In this document: in pieces, positions 49,181 through 58,349 of the stretch
How positions within the stretch are numbered: the first letter of the stretch is position 1
Layout: each line of letters opens with the position of its first letter
Virus record (IMG/VR): IMGVR_UViG_3300042544_002482
Location: 29,593 to 93,592 of that record
Reading direction: 5' to 3' (one strand)
Length of the DNA stretch: 64,000 nucleotides
Source of the DNA: a virus
Notes under the pieces: model-generated
Told to the model about the DNA's origin: nothing
Seen by the model: the letters and a program-made list of their open reading frames with translations, nothing else
Databases searched by the model: none
Program-made: the position numbers and the translations under genes

Positions 49181-49367
49181 AGCCTAAGATTATAAGTAGT
49201 TTACTTATAATAGATACTTTCTTTTTCGGTTTAGGTTTAAATAACTCTTCCTTATTCAGATTCTTTATCTCCTGAATCGCTTTTATCTTGTGGTTCTGAA
49301 TCTCCAATTGATCCTTCCCCATCTCCTTCTCCAACCAATCCGATGCTTGTTTCATCCTCTTGTCCAT
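49164..49367 (-). CDS. hypothetical protein
   Basis: basic 67 aa, overlaps the 3' end of the upstream gene. Confidence 0.5.
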   Translation of the reverse strand: MDKRMKQASDWLEKEMGKDQLEIQNHKIKAIQEIKNLNKEELFKPKPKKKVSIISKLLIILGYGKKG

Positions 49368-49728
49368 ATACTTCGAGAAAATTTAAGTCTTTTAATTTAT
49401 TCAATGATTCTTTTTGGAAAAGATTTTCCAGTTCTTTCACTTTAGCTTGGAATAATTTTCTTTTCTCTTCCTCTTCTTTGTTAACATTAACAATTTCAGA
49501 TGCACAGGCAAAAACAACATCGTACCCATCTTGGGTTGCGTTAGATATTAATGAGATAAGTGTAAATTTTTCACTCTTATCTTGTACTTTAGTTTTTATT
49601 GACCTGTAAGGTGCAACAATTGTTTCGTATTTCCAATTTAATGGAAGTTTAATATCTAAACTTACATTGCCTTCAATTTCTCTTAATGAGAAGAAAAAAG
49701 GTCTTAATGATTTAATATTTTCAAACAC
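49252..49728 (-). CDS. hypothetical protein
   Basis: GTG start, coiled-coil and acidic tail. Confidence 0.6.
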   Translation of the reverse strand: MFENIKSLRPFFFSLREIEGNVSLDIKLPLNWKYETIVAPYRSIKTKVQDKSEKFTLISLISNATQDGYDVVFACASEIVNVNKEEEEKRKLFQAKVKELENLFQKESLNKLKDLNFLEVYGQEDETSIGLVGEGDGEGSIGDSEPQDKSDSGDKESE

Positions 49729-49732
49729 AGCG

Positions 49733-49909
49733 TTAAATTAAGAAATAGGTTATTATATATGAAGTGGCAAAATAGAGGAAGATACCTTCAATTTTTGTTA
49801 ACTTCATGGGTTGTGAATCTTCTTGTGTTAATTTAAACACAAATTCAAAAATGTATCGTAATGTGTATATAATACTCAATACAAATAAAAATAATTTAAT
49901 TTCCAGCAT
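49733..49909 (-). CDS. 58-aa two-TM membrane protein (not in ORF track)
   Basis: MLEIKLFLFVLSIIYTLRYIFEFVFKL...IEGIFLYFATSYIITYFLI fills the gap exactly. Confidence 0.6.
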   Translation of the reverse strand: MLEIKLFLFVLSIIYTLRYIFEFVFKLTQEDSQPMKLTKIEGIFLYFATSYIITYFLI

Positions 49910-50087
49910 CGTCGTGTCTTTTAATTTCGTCTAATATTTCTTTTCTATATGACGCGATTAGGAGTTTGATCTCTTGAGCGTATTTTCTGGCTCTTATTGA
50001 TGCACTTCTGTTTCCTTTCTCAAAAACTTTTTGCGTATCAACCGACATCTTCTCAACCAATCCTTTAATTTTGGTTAATGTTTCCAT
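49896..50087 (-). CDS. histone H1-like (Hc1 family) small protein
   Basis: D..K..EKGN.SA..RARK..QE.K.....R matches the Hc1 N-terminal family seen in Bacteroidota. Confidence 0.7.
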   Translation of the reverse strand: METLTKIKGLVEKMSVDTQKVFEKGNRSASIRARKYAQEIKLLIASYRKEILDEIKRHDDAGN

Positions 50088-50130
50088 AATAATTTATTTC
50101 GGTTTTTAATACGAATATACGGAAAAAATT

Positions 50131-50586
50131 TTACTTTTTCAAGTTTTGGTCTAATATTTTATAGATTTCGGTTAAAATGTCTAATTCAGATCTTGACTTC
50201 CTATGTTCAAAATCGAATAGTTTTAGAAAATATTCAGGTATTTTTGTTATATTATTATCCATTTGTACATAGTAATATGCCTCCAAATAAAAATTCCAAA
50301 AATATTCGTAGTGAGCTCCTCTGTCTTTAATGTAAATTTTTTCCTTAGAGAAGTTTTCAATGACTTTATCCCAAGCCCAGGTGAAGTGATTTCTTTGATT
50401 TTCCTCGTCATCCAATACATCTGGACCTAGAAATGTTTCATCAATCATATCGTGTACAGATGCAACAAAGTCGTAAAAAAGGTTTAATTTTTCACGACTT
50501 ATGTTATATGCTTTGTACCAAATGTCAATTTGTTGTCTGTAATTTTCAGACGATATAAACTCTAAGTAACTTTCTTTATTTTCCAT
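50131..50586 (-). CDS. hypothetical protein
   Basis: 151 aa aromatic-rich helical ORF. Confidence 0.65.
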   Translation of the reverse strand: MENKESYLEFISSENYRQQIDIWYKAYNISREKLNLFYDFVASVHDMIDETFLGPDVLDDEENQRNHFTWAWDKVIENFSKEKIYIKDRGAHYEYFWNFYLEAYYYVQMDNNITKIPEYFLKLFDFEHRKSRSELDILTEIYKILDQNLKK

Positions 50587-50633
50587 AATCCTTCTGTTAT
50601 AATATAAGGATAAAAGAAGTTAAAAAAAAGATA

Positions 50634-51827
50634 TTATTGAGTTTTCTTATCGTATGATGCCATATTTTTCATCTTTTTAATTTCTTCTTCAAGAATAGAT
50701 GATAAACTGTTCTTAGATTCGTTAACTTCTTTTGTTGGGGAAATGTCCTTATTGTACATTACCATATCTTTTCTTTGTTTGTGTTTTCTTTCTACCTTCT
50801 TACCGATGTTTTTTCCTAAATCACTTTTAATTACATTACCAGCATCTTGTGAATTACCAGTTGAAGAATGTCCTTCTAAAGATTTTTTCAATCTATCTTT
50901 AAATTGTTGAGATGGTTCCATATCATAATGTAAATCTTCCAATCCACCACCTCTGTTATCCGCAATTTCTTCTTCTTGTTCTGGAGTATTCTTTCTCGCT
51001 ACTTTTTCACCTTTACCAATTGGTTTAGGGAATTCAGGGTTATCGTTACCGTCAAATGTAGTTGCTCCTTTTATTTTCTTAGATACTTCAGTTGCATTTG
51101 ACTCATTATCCTTTTTAGATTGAGTCTGAGCCTTTTTGGTAACTGTGATACCTGGAACTGATTCTTTAACTATTCTTTGAATCATAGTCAACATTTCAGA
51201 TTCTTTTAAACGTAATGTCTTCTTTTTAGATTCCATCATTTTACCAGAACACTCTGAACACATACCTTCTTCATTCATCATACCACCACACTCAGAACAC
51301 ATTTTAGGTTCTTCGTTTACTTCATCTTCAGGTGCGTCACCATCAGATAAGTTTTCGTAGTCGTCACCGAATGAATCCATACCTTCCATATCGTCTTCGT
51401 TCATTTCACCACATTCGTTACACTCTTCTTCTTTATTTAAAATCTTAAAGTCTTCACCATCGATTTTACCGTTATCGTTTTTATCGATGTTTTTTTGGTT
51501 ACCGACTAATTTTTCGTCGATTGGTTTTTGATTTTCCATATTTGTATTTTCTTTTTCTTCTAATTCTTGTCCCATTTCATCTAATTTATCTAACATATCT
51601 TCATATGATTCGTACATTCCCTTCTCAATAATAAGGTCTCCCGTGGTTTTAGCCTTATAATCGGGTAAAGCCTCTTGAGCTTCTTTTTCTGAATCAAACG
51701 TTGCAATCGGTTCACCATCACATTTAATGTGGTAAACTTCCTTATTTGTTGATTCCATAATGATTGTATTTCTGATTTCTTCAGATATTACATCATTGAT
51801 TATATTGTTTATTTCAGATAGGTTCAT
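50634..51827 (-). CDS. acidic head/internal virion protein with EF-hand-like and CxxC motifs
   Basis: DKNDNGKIDGEDF, CNEC, CSEC..CSEC, many (I/L/V)xE motifs; preceded by TATTTATA. Confidence 0.55.
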   Translation of the reverse strand: MNLSEINNIINDVISEEIRNTIIMESTNKEVYHIKCDGEPIATFDSEKEAQEALPDYKAKTTGDLIIEKGMYESYEDMLDKLDEMGQELEEKENTNMENQKPIDEKLVGNQKNIDKNDNGKIDGEDFKILNKEEECNECGEMNEDDMEGMDSFGDDYENLSDGDAPEDEVNEEPKMCSECGGMMNEEGMCSECSGKMMESKKKTLRLKESEMLTMIQRIVKESVPGITVTKKAQTQSKKDNESNATEVSKKIKGATTFDGNDNPEFPKPIGKGEKVARKNTPEQEEEIADNRGGGLEDLHYDMEPSQQFKDRLKKSLEGHSSTGNSQDAGNVIKSDLGKNIGKKVERKHKQRKDMVMYNKDISPTKEVNESKNSLSSILEEEIKKMKNMASYDKKTQ

Positions 51828-51828
51828 A

Positions 51829-52746
51829 CTATATAAATATCAGTTTTATTTCATTTAACACAATTTTCTCGATTTCTTTGAATGGAACCTTCATTTCCTT
51901 TGCAATTTCAGTAATTGCTTGGGTTAGTTCCTCCATTTCGAGCATTTCGATTGCGTTTATGTCTCCTTGGTTACAATATGGAAACTTCATACATTTATCT
52001 TTAACCTTAATAAAGACAGCATCGGGACCTCCCCATTTAGGGAACTTCTTATCCTTTACCGCTCTACTTTGTTTAATACTTTTTACACCATCAATCTTTA
52101 AAGGGTCTCTACGACCTTTAGGTCCTTTACCAAATAATGGAACATCAAAAGAACCCGAAGAAGATGCGTCAGTCGCCTCCTTAAATTCCTCCTCCTCGTT
52201 TACGTTATATTTTTTTGTATTTTTTGGTTTGTATAAATCTTTTTTAAGAATTGTTGGTCCAAACGCAGGTCCTGAAAAAGATCCAGAAGCATCTGCACCT
52301 ATTGATTCGGTTGTTTCCGTTTCCTTCATATCTTCAATTTTTGCGATAAAAACATTAGGTTTAATCCCCAATGCCGCCGCAGTACATAATCTTGTGTTTC
52401 CCGCAACTAAATGATATCTATCACCAAACTGAACAATTAATGGTCTTTTATAATCACCGTCAGCGAAAGATTGTGCCAATACCTTTGGATTTGTTTTCTT
52501 ATATGTTTTAGCAATCTTATATACCGCCTTCATATCACCCTTCTCTATTTCATTTGATTCGGTGTTCTCTAATTTACCCCAAACTTCGTCAGATATAGGT
52601 TCTTCAGTACTGTTGTTAAACGCATCAACGAGTTCTTCCACAGTTGTGTCGATATTCTCGTCACGACTTAGATCTTGAACAACTCTTTGAAGTTCGTCCA
52701 TCTCACCTTTAAGGTCTGGTCTAACAATTTTCTTCTTATCTAACAT
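51829..52746 (-). CDS. ParB/Srx-like N-terminal domain protein
   Basis: RPLIV....Y.LV.GNTRL.AA..LG. Confidence 0.55.
   Translation of the reverse strand: MLDKKKIVRPDLKGEMDELQRVVQDLSRDENIDTTVEELVDAFNNSTEEPISDEVWGKLENTESNEIEKGDMKAVYKIAKTYKKTNPKVLAQSFADGDYKRPLIVQFGDRYHLVAGNTRLCTAAALGIKPNVFIAKIEDMKETETTESIGADASGSFSGPAFGPTILKKDLYKPKNTKKYNVNEEEEFKEATDASSSGSFDVPLFGKGPKGRRDPLKIDGVKSIKQSRAVKDKKFPKWGGPDAVFIKVKDKCMKFPYCNQGDINAIEMLEMEELTQAITEIAKEMKVPFKEIEKIVLNEIKLIFI
51832..51839 (-). promoter_or_regulatory. TATTTATA putative late promoter
   Basis: within the last codons of the upstream gene, 4 nt before the 51827 ATG. Confidence 0.45.
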
Positions 52747-52975
52747 TTTTTAATGCAGTTTCCCAAAATGACTTTCTTTGCCATAATGTTTTGAATAACT
52801 CAACAACAACTTTAGTTGATAAGTCAATTATTTTATCGTCCACCTTCTTTGTTCCCAATTCGGCTTGAATCATTTTAACAACAATAGAATGAGCGTTAGT
52901 AGAACTCATAAAATCTTTGATTTCTTTTCTACTAATTCTTTCTATTTCTTTTTTATCTGAATCGTTTAGTGCCAT
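52736..52975 (-). CDS. hypothetical protein
   Basis: 79-aa ORF coupled to its neighbours. Confidence 0.6.
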   Translation of the reverse strand: MALNDSDKKEIERISRKEIKDFMSSTNAHSIVVKMIQAELGTKKVDDKIIDLSTKVVVELFKTLWQRKSFWETALKNVR

Positions 52976-52980
52976 TTTAA

Positions 52981-53508
52981 TTAATTAGTTTTTCTTTGTC
53001 TCAATAATGGTTCCATGGTTGTCTTAAACGTGGACTCAAATTTTAACAACTTTGTTAATTCAGTTAATGCGTCGTTGTCAATCATTAACATATCCGCATT
53101 AATGTATAAACCTGGTTCATCACCAACAATAAAGACAAAGTTAATGTCGTTATCAGTTATTGACCCATCTAATCTAATTTGTGTTTCATTCATAGTTACA
53201 CCAGGTTTAAGGTCCGCTATTTGTGAAACTTCATTTCTAAATGAATCAATTAGTCCAGATATTGTGGTTTTTTGATCATCCATTAATTTTAAATCGGCGT
53301 TGTCAGTTGATACTAACTTAACGTCAACGTCATTAATCACGTCAACCGAATCACCGTCTGTTTGGGTTGATTCTGGGTTTATCTGTGATTGTTGGGGTTC
53401 TGATTGCTCTCTAAGGGTATTAAATGACGTTCTTGATTCGTTAAGTTTCCTTAACGTATTCAACATTTTCTTTGTATCGTCATATCCTGATATCTGTCTC
53501 TTTTCCAT
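52981..53508 (-). CDS. hypothetical (probable head-associated) protein
   Basis: LNES/LREQ motifs; TATTTATA at 53551-53558 upstream. Confidence 0.55.
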   Translation of the reverse strand: MEKRQISGYDDTKKMLNTLRKLNESRTSFNTLREQSEPQQSQINPESTQTDGDSVDVINDVDVKLVSTDNADLKLMDDQKTTISGLIDSFRNEVSQIADLKPGVTMNETQIRLDGSITDNDINFVFIVGDEPGLYINADMLMIDNDALTELTKLLKFESTFKTTMEPLLRQRKTN

Positions 53509-54103
53509 AGTTAAATAATAATCTAAAATTAAATGAAGGGTTTATATCTGTATAAATATTAGAAAAGTTTGATTTACATACAATTCCTTTGAAATTAGAT
53601 ATGTTTTCTAAATATCCTTGTGATGGTACTACTTGTTTGAAAATATCATGTTTATCACACAATAGGTCACACAGTTCGGATAACGCCCCTATTTGGGTGT
53701 CATTGTACTTATCCCAAAAGAAATGACCTCTCCAATTTCTAATGTGAGGTTCGGACCTATATGGGTCACCAATCCAATTGTTAAGAAATCCTGTGATTGT
53801 ATTTTTGTTAAGCCATCCTAGATTTTCGACGGCTATTTTAATCATTTTCTTATCATTTTTAGGGTCATCAAACGTATTCGAACTATGGTTGGTGTCGAAT
53901 AATTGATAAACCATTCCTAATTTAGTGACAAGAAAATGTGGGACATCATTGTATTTCCCATTTCTTCTGTAACGGATTTTATTAATAAAATCGTCTGACC
54001 TTCTTTGTGTATCGTAAAGGAATATTTGAGTCTTTTTTGACTTTCGTTTAACTATGTTAAGTTTATCCTTATCTAAAACGTCTACGTTGTGAATTACTAA
54101 CAT
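53480..54103 (-). CDS. N-acetylmuramoyl-L-alanine amidase-like protein, apparently lacking Zn ligands
   Basis: PHF.V...G.VYQL, I.I..EN.G, Y...Q..AL..L...LC; ATG at 54103 preferred over 54154. Confidence 0.65.
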   Translation of the reverse strand: MLVIHNVDVLDKDKLNIVKRKSKKTQIFLYDTQRRSDDFINKIRYRRNGKYNDVPHFLVTKLGMVYQLFDTNHSSNTFDDPKNDKKMIKIAVENLGWLNKNTITGFLNNWIGDPYRSEPHIRNWRGHFFWDKYNDTQIGALSELCDLLCDKHDIFKQVVPSQGYLENISNFKGIVCKSNFSNIYTDINPSFNFRLLFNYGKETDIRI

Positions 54104-54320
54104 TCCTTGATATAACTTTTTTAGATGGTGTGGTCGTTGTTTGTGGACCTTCATCTATTGGACTTGAGTTTTCTTCTTCAATACTCAAATCAGAAATGAC
54201 CTGAGTTGGGATTACAATGTTATCGTTTTCCCAATACAGGTCATCATTATTATTCTGTAATTCCTGGAGATCCAAAGGTAACAATTGACCATCTCTTATG
54301 TTTAAGAGGGGGTTTTCCAC
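54069..54320 (-). CDS. acidic ORF, probable -1 frameshift extension of 54338..55648
   Basis: weak GTG start; frame is open back to the A10 run at 54345-54354. Confidence 0.5.
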   Translation of the reverse strand: MENPLLNIRDGQLLPLDLQELQNNNDDLYWENDNIVIPTQVISDLSIEEENSSPIDEGPQTTTTPSKKVISRNVSNSQRRRFR

Positions 54321-54337
54321 CGAATCCGATAGGTTTT

Positions 54338-55648
54338 CTATAGATTTTTTTTTTCAGCCGTCACTTCGAATGAGGGCTTGTCTTCTTCTATTGGTGTTTG
54401 TTCAATCTGTAAGTCTACTTCAAATGGTTTAAATTTATCCTCATCCAAAACAACCGTTATTGTTTGGGTTGGTTGTGGCTGACTGTCAATTTCTTCATTA
54501 ACCTGATTTAATGTATCGTTAATTGTTTGAACATCTATTTGTGTTCTTTCGATTTCCTCTACTGTTGTAAATGGTTCAATGGGTTGTTCTAATTCTTCGG
54601 TCCAACCTTCTTGTTCTGGTATTTCAAACTCATCTTCTATTGATTGTTGGTTGAACTCATCAATCGCCTCACCAATAAATTCATCACTATACTGGAAATT
54701 ATTCTCCGTTTCAGGTTCTATAGTGGAAAAATTTCGTTGAATTTCTTCTTCTGTCGGTTCTTCCTGGAAAATTGGTTCTTTTTGTGGAGGATTAACATAA
54801 TCTTCTAATTTCTGTAATTGAGTTTTTTCTTGTTCAACTATTGGGGTTTCCTCGATACTTTCAGGTGTAACTGACGGTTCTTTCACTAACGGATTATCAA
54901 ATGGTTCATCATATAAACCCAACTCTTGGTCATTCTTCATCATCTCCGCCAATAACTCTCCACGTCTTTTATATTCTTCCGCTGCCTTCTTTAATTCATC
55001 ATTTGGTTCTTGTGGGTTTAATAAAGCCTTCTCCAATATCTTTAAATCTTCATCACTTAATCTAATTCGAGTTGATTCGTCAACGAATTGTTTTAAATCT
55101 TCTGGGTTCGATAGTTCTTGTTCTTTTGTAATTGTCTCTTGGGTTGGTACATTTTCACTTACTAATTTTTCTCCGTTCTTTCTATCTTCTTCAGTGAACT
55201 TAACTAACATATGTAAGAACGATAATGAAATAATTGGTAACATACCTCCAGCGAAGAACGCTAAGAATCTTTTATGTCCAACGAAATCACCAGGTTCCAC
55301 ACCCATAAACTCAACAAAGGGTGAAACTAAATCAACCCAATCTTTAAATTGTTTAGAATCAACGTTAATATATGAATAGGCAAAGAAGATGTTACCAATG
55401 AATTGTACGATAGTTACAATTGCAAATGGAAAATAAACTTTAGACCCCATATTTGCTGAGATAGCAGCCAACGCAGATAACGCAGCAATTTCAATACCAA
55501 TTGATAGGTATACCGCCCAAGTTACTGGATTAGATAAACCGTACCATTCGGTAACGTGTGAAATAGAAACCACAGCCACGGTCAAGATAGGTATCAAGAA
55601 CGCAGCAATGATTAATGTTTTATAATTTTTATTAAACCAATTTTTCAT
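54338..55648 (-). CDS. 4-TM membrane protein with long acidic Glu/Pro-rich tail
   Basis: four hydrophobic segments in the first ~150 aa, then an E/P/Q-rich region; ends in GAA AAA AAA AAT CTA TAG. Confidence 0.75.
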   Translation of the reverse strand: MKNWFNKNYKTLIIAAFLIPILTVAVVSISHVTEWYGLSNPVTWAVYLSIGIEIAALSALAAISANMGSKVYFPFAIVTIVQFIGNIFFAYSYINVDSKQFKDWVDLVSPFVEFMGVEPGDFVGHKRFLAFFAGGMLPIISLSFLHMLVKFTEEDRKNGEKLVSENVPTQETITKEQELSNPEDLKQFVDESTRIRLSDEDLKILEKALLNPQEPNDELKKAAEEYKRRGELLAEMMKNDQELGLYDEPFDNPLVKEPSVTPESIEETPIVEQEKTQLQKLEDYVNPPQKEPIFQEEPTEEEIQRNFSTIEPETENNFQYSDEFIGEAIDEFNQQSIEDEFEIPEQEGWTEELEQPIEPFTTVEEIERTQIDVQTINDTLNQVNEEIDSQPQPTQTITVVLDEDKFKPFEVDLQIEQTPIEEDKPSFEVTAEKKNL

Positions 55649-55938
55649 TTAGATTCTTGTTCTTTTTTTAGGTTTTCTTTAACAATAAAATGAAGTTCCA
55701 TTAATTGTGGTCCTCTATCTTTTTGTGTGATCCAATTATCATAAAAACTATGAATACCTATTTTTTCATTTTTATGTGCAACTTTAAGACTATCAATCGT
55801 TGCAACGTTTTTCTTTTCATTTTTTTCTAACTTATCCACTTTACTTGAATTACTGCAAGAGCGAAAAAAGAAAATGACTGTTAAAAAAATCAGTATTTGA
55901 AGTTTATATGTTTTAATTAATTCGATTAGCTTTTTCAT
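55645..55938 (-). CDS. small membrane-anchored or lipoprotein-like protein
   Basis: hydrophobic stretch ending FFRSC, then coiled coil. Confidence 0.55.
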   Translation of the reverse strand: MKKLIELIKTYKLQILIFLTVIFFFRSCSNSSKVDKLEKNEKKNVATIDSLKVAHKNEKIGIHSFYDNWITQKDRGPQLMELHFIVKENLKKEQESK

Positions 55939-55966
55939 ATTATAATAATAGGAATAATTTTTATTT

Positions 55967-56794
55967 TTATAAATAGTTTAGTAGACCAAAACTCTCGTTA
56001 CGTAACTTTTTGATGGCCTTATCACGTAATTGTCTAATACGTTCTTTAGTACAACCGAATTCCTCACCCAAATCATCTAAATTAGACTCAATTCCGGTTA
56101 ATCCATAATATTTTGTAATGATGATTTTTTCTCTATCATCTAAAACGTTTAACATTAAGGCAACTTTTTTCTTTATCTCTTCAGGTGAATTTAAAAATTG
56201 TTCTGGGTCGTCGGCGTTCTTATTTGGAATTAAGTCAATAAGAGTGTCACCATCCTCATTAATTTCATTATATAAACCAATACAATAAGGTAGATTTTGT
56301 CCAACGGGTTGTTCAATGTCCTTATCTAAATAAAATTGATCTTCAACACCAATCTCTTCTTTCTTTCTTTGTTTCTGAGCCTCTTGAACTAAGTTAGATG
56401 GAATTCTAATTGTACGAGCGTTCTCATTAAGAGATGCCATAATTGATTGTTTAACCCACCATACTGCATATGAAATAAATTTGAGACCGCTAGTTGGGTC
56501 AAATCTTTCTGCCGCTTTTATCAATCCGATATTTCCTTCTGAAATTAAATCCATAATGTCCATACCTTGACTCTGATACATCTTCGCGACAGATATAACA
56601 AATCTTAAATTACCGACAACCAACTCATTGAGTAAATCCGTCTTCTCTTTTTTGGGTGTTTGTTTGGAAATTAGAAGTTTAAAAATTTCCTCTTGTCTTT
56701 CGTGTGAAATTACTGGAATTTTACGGATATCCTTGATATACTGCTGGATCTCCTCTGTGTTGATGATGATGGATTTTTTCATAATTGTTGGCAA
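55967..56794 (-). CDS. RNA polymerase sigma70 factor, RpoD/SigA-like, lacking region 1.1
   Basis: NLRFVISVAK.YQ.QG...DLI.EGN.GLIKAAERFD...G.KFISYAVWW..QSI, region 4 T.ERIRQ...A..KLR. Confidence 0.95.
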   Translation of the reverse strand: MPTIMKKSIIINTEEIQQYIKDIRKIPVISHERQEEIFKLLISKQTPKKEKTDLLNELVVGNLRFVISVAKMYQSQGMDIMDLISEGNIGLIKAAERFDPTSGLKFISYAVWWVKQSIMASLNENARTIRIPSNLVQEAQKQRKKEEIGVEDQFYLDKDIEQPVGQNLPYCIGLYNEINEDGDTLIDLIPNKNADDPEQFLNSPEEIKKKVALMLNVLDDREKIIITKYYGLTGIESNLDDLGEEFGCTKERIRQLRDKAIKKLRNESFGLLNYL

Positions 56795-56838
56795 GAGCAG
56801 TTTTATTGTTTATATGGTATAAAGATAAACAATAAAAA

Positions 56839-57282
56839 TCAATTATCAAAATTATCAAGGAAATTTTTTTCTTCGTCTGTTAAACTGCTCATCCCCATCT
56901 TTTCTATTTTGTCTAGAACCTCATCCAAGTCCAATTCTTCGGGGGTATTTTTTATGTAATTAATTTCAATCGCAGATGAGTCTGGTAAAGGTTTAAATAT
57001 AAAATCCTTAACCTGTTCAGGTAAGTGTGCACAAACTAATGACGACCTTTCAAACATAAAATAAAATTTTACTACGTCACTTACTAGTGTTTCATAAAGT
57101 TCTTGAGATAGTTCTTTATGTTCCAATTCAGAATCAAATATAACAATTATATTTTGTGAACTTTCAATAACATACTTTAATGATTTTACGGCGGTTGAAC
57201 TACCTAAAATTTCCGTACAAAAAAATGCAATATCTTCGTGGTCTTCGAAAGTCCCAAAGATAAAAAGTATGAATGTCTTCAT
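56839..57282 (-). CDS. hypothetical protein with C-terminal DUF6576-like motif
   Basis: LDEVLDKI...G..SLT.EEK.FL. Confidence 0.55.
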   Translation of the reverse strand: MKTFILFIFGTFEDHEDIAFFCTEILGSSTAVKSLKYVIESSQNIIVIFDSELEHKELSQELYETLVSDVVKFYFMFERSSLVCAHLPEQVKDFIFKPLPDSSAIEINYIKNTPEELDLDEVLDKIEKMGMSSLTDEEKNFLDNFDN

Positions 57283-57286
57283 AGTA

Positions 57287-57928
57287 TTATCGTCTTACTT
57301 TAATCTTCCAATAGATTCCGGCGTCAACATATGGGGTAAACGTACCATTCACACCATCTTTCACCCAATTGTTTACACCAACTCCAACTTTAAAAATTTT
57401 ATCCTCTTTGGTTTGATATAATAAACCCATACCCATACCATTAATGAAGTTTGGTCTGTCTACTTGTGTGGTAACACCAAAGTAAACTTTATTTTTCTTC
57501 TCTTCAGGTAAACGAAGGGTGTCTCTTACAATTTGTTTTTTGATTTTAGAATCAAATGATGTCCCAACTATTTTGTTTTGAACAATAGTGTCGGTCAACG
57601 TAATTGTCCCAACACCATTAGGTAAATTTAATACATTTTTTTGAATATTCTTAGTGTAGAACACTTTCAATATTTCCATAGTATCAACGGATTGTATAAC
57701 AGGTATTTCCACCCTTTTCTCAACCTCATATGGTACTTCAACCTCAACCTCAACTTCCACTAATGAGTCCACAGAAATAGTGTCGTGGACCGCATATGGT
57801 ATGGAGTCAATTTTTGGTACATACTTTGTTCTCATAGGAACGTATCCACCTGGGTTAAGGAATACCAAGAACAAAAGAATTATTAATATAACAATTATAA
57901 TGTTCTTGGTGTTAATGTATTTCTTCAT
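57287..57928 (-). CDS. membrane-anchored exported protein, spanin candidate
   Basis: N-terminal TM, V/E repeat, C-terminal amphipathic beta strands ending GIYWKI. Confidence 0.5.
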   Translation of the reverse strand: MKKYINTKNIIIVILIILLFLVFLNPGGYVPMRTKYVPKIDSIPYAVHDTISVDSLVEVEVEVEVPYEVEKRVEIPVIQSVDTMEILKVFYTKNIQKNVLNLPNGVGTITLTDTIVQNKIVGTSFDSKIKKQIVRDTLRLPEEKKNKVYFGVTTQVDRPNFINGMGMGLLYQTKEDKIFKVGVGVNNWVKDGVNGTFTPYVDAGIYWKIKVRR

Positions 57929-57929
57929 T

Positions 57930-58349
57930 TTATTTTAATAAAAGTATAGACGTTGCAATTATTCCAACAAATGAACCTACTTTATAGAAGAATGTCTTTG
58001 TTCTCTGAGCTTTTAATTCTTTTAAAAGACTTTCTGATTTCAGTCTTTCAAGTGAAAATTGTTCATCTTTCTTTGTAATAATTAATTCCAAGTTACCAAT
58101 TTTCTGATTTTTAAGTTCATCCTTTTCTTTAAAAGAAAATATTTGTTGGTCTTTTAAACCAACCATTTTGTTTAATTCAACAATTTCTAACTTAGCACCG
58201 TCATAACGAATTAAGTCTTGATAAACCAATCTTGCCACTCTTGTTGATAAAATGACTTTTGTGGTGTCTCGATTAATTGTTGTATCTGTCTGCGAATAAC
58301 TGCTCAAGCTCACTGTTACCAATAGTAGTAATAATATTAACTTTTTCAT
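57930..58349 (-). CDS. signal peptide, coiled coil and C-terminal TM protein (lysis/spanin candidate)
   Basis: MKKLILLLLL..SYS/Q signal; C-terminal hydrophobic segment; overlaps the upstream gene by 77 nt. Confidence 0.5.
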   Translation of the reverse strand: MKKLILLLLLVTVSLSSYSQTDTTINRDTTKVILSTRVARLVYQDLIRYDGAKLEIVELNKMVGLKDQQIFSFKEKDELKNQKIGNLELIITKKDEQFSLERLKSESLLKELKAQRTKTFFYKVGSFVGIIATSILLLK

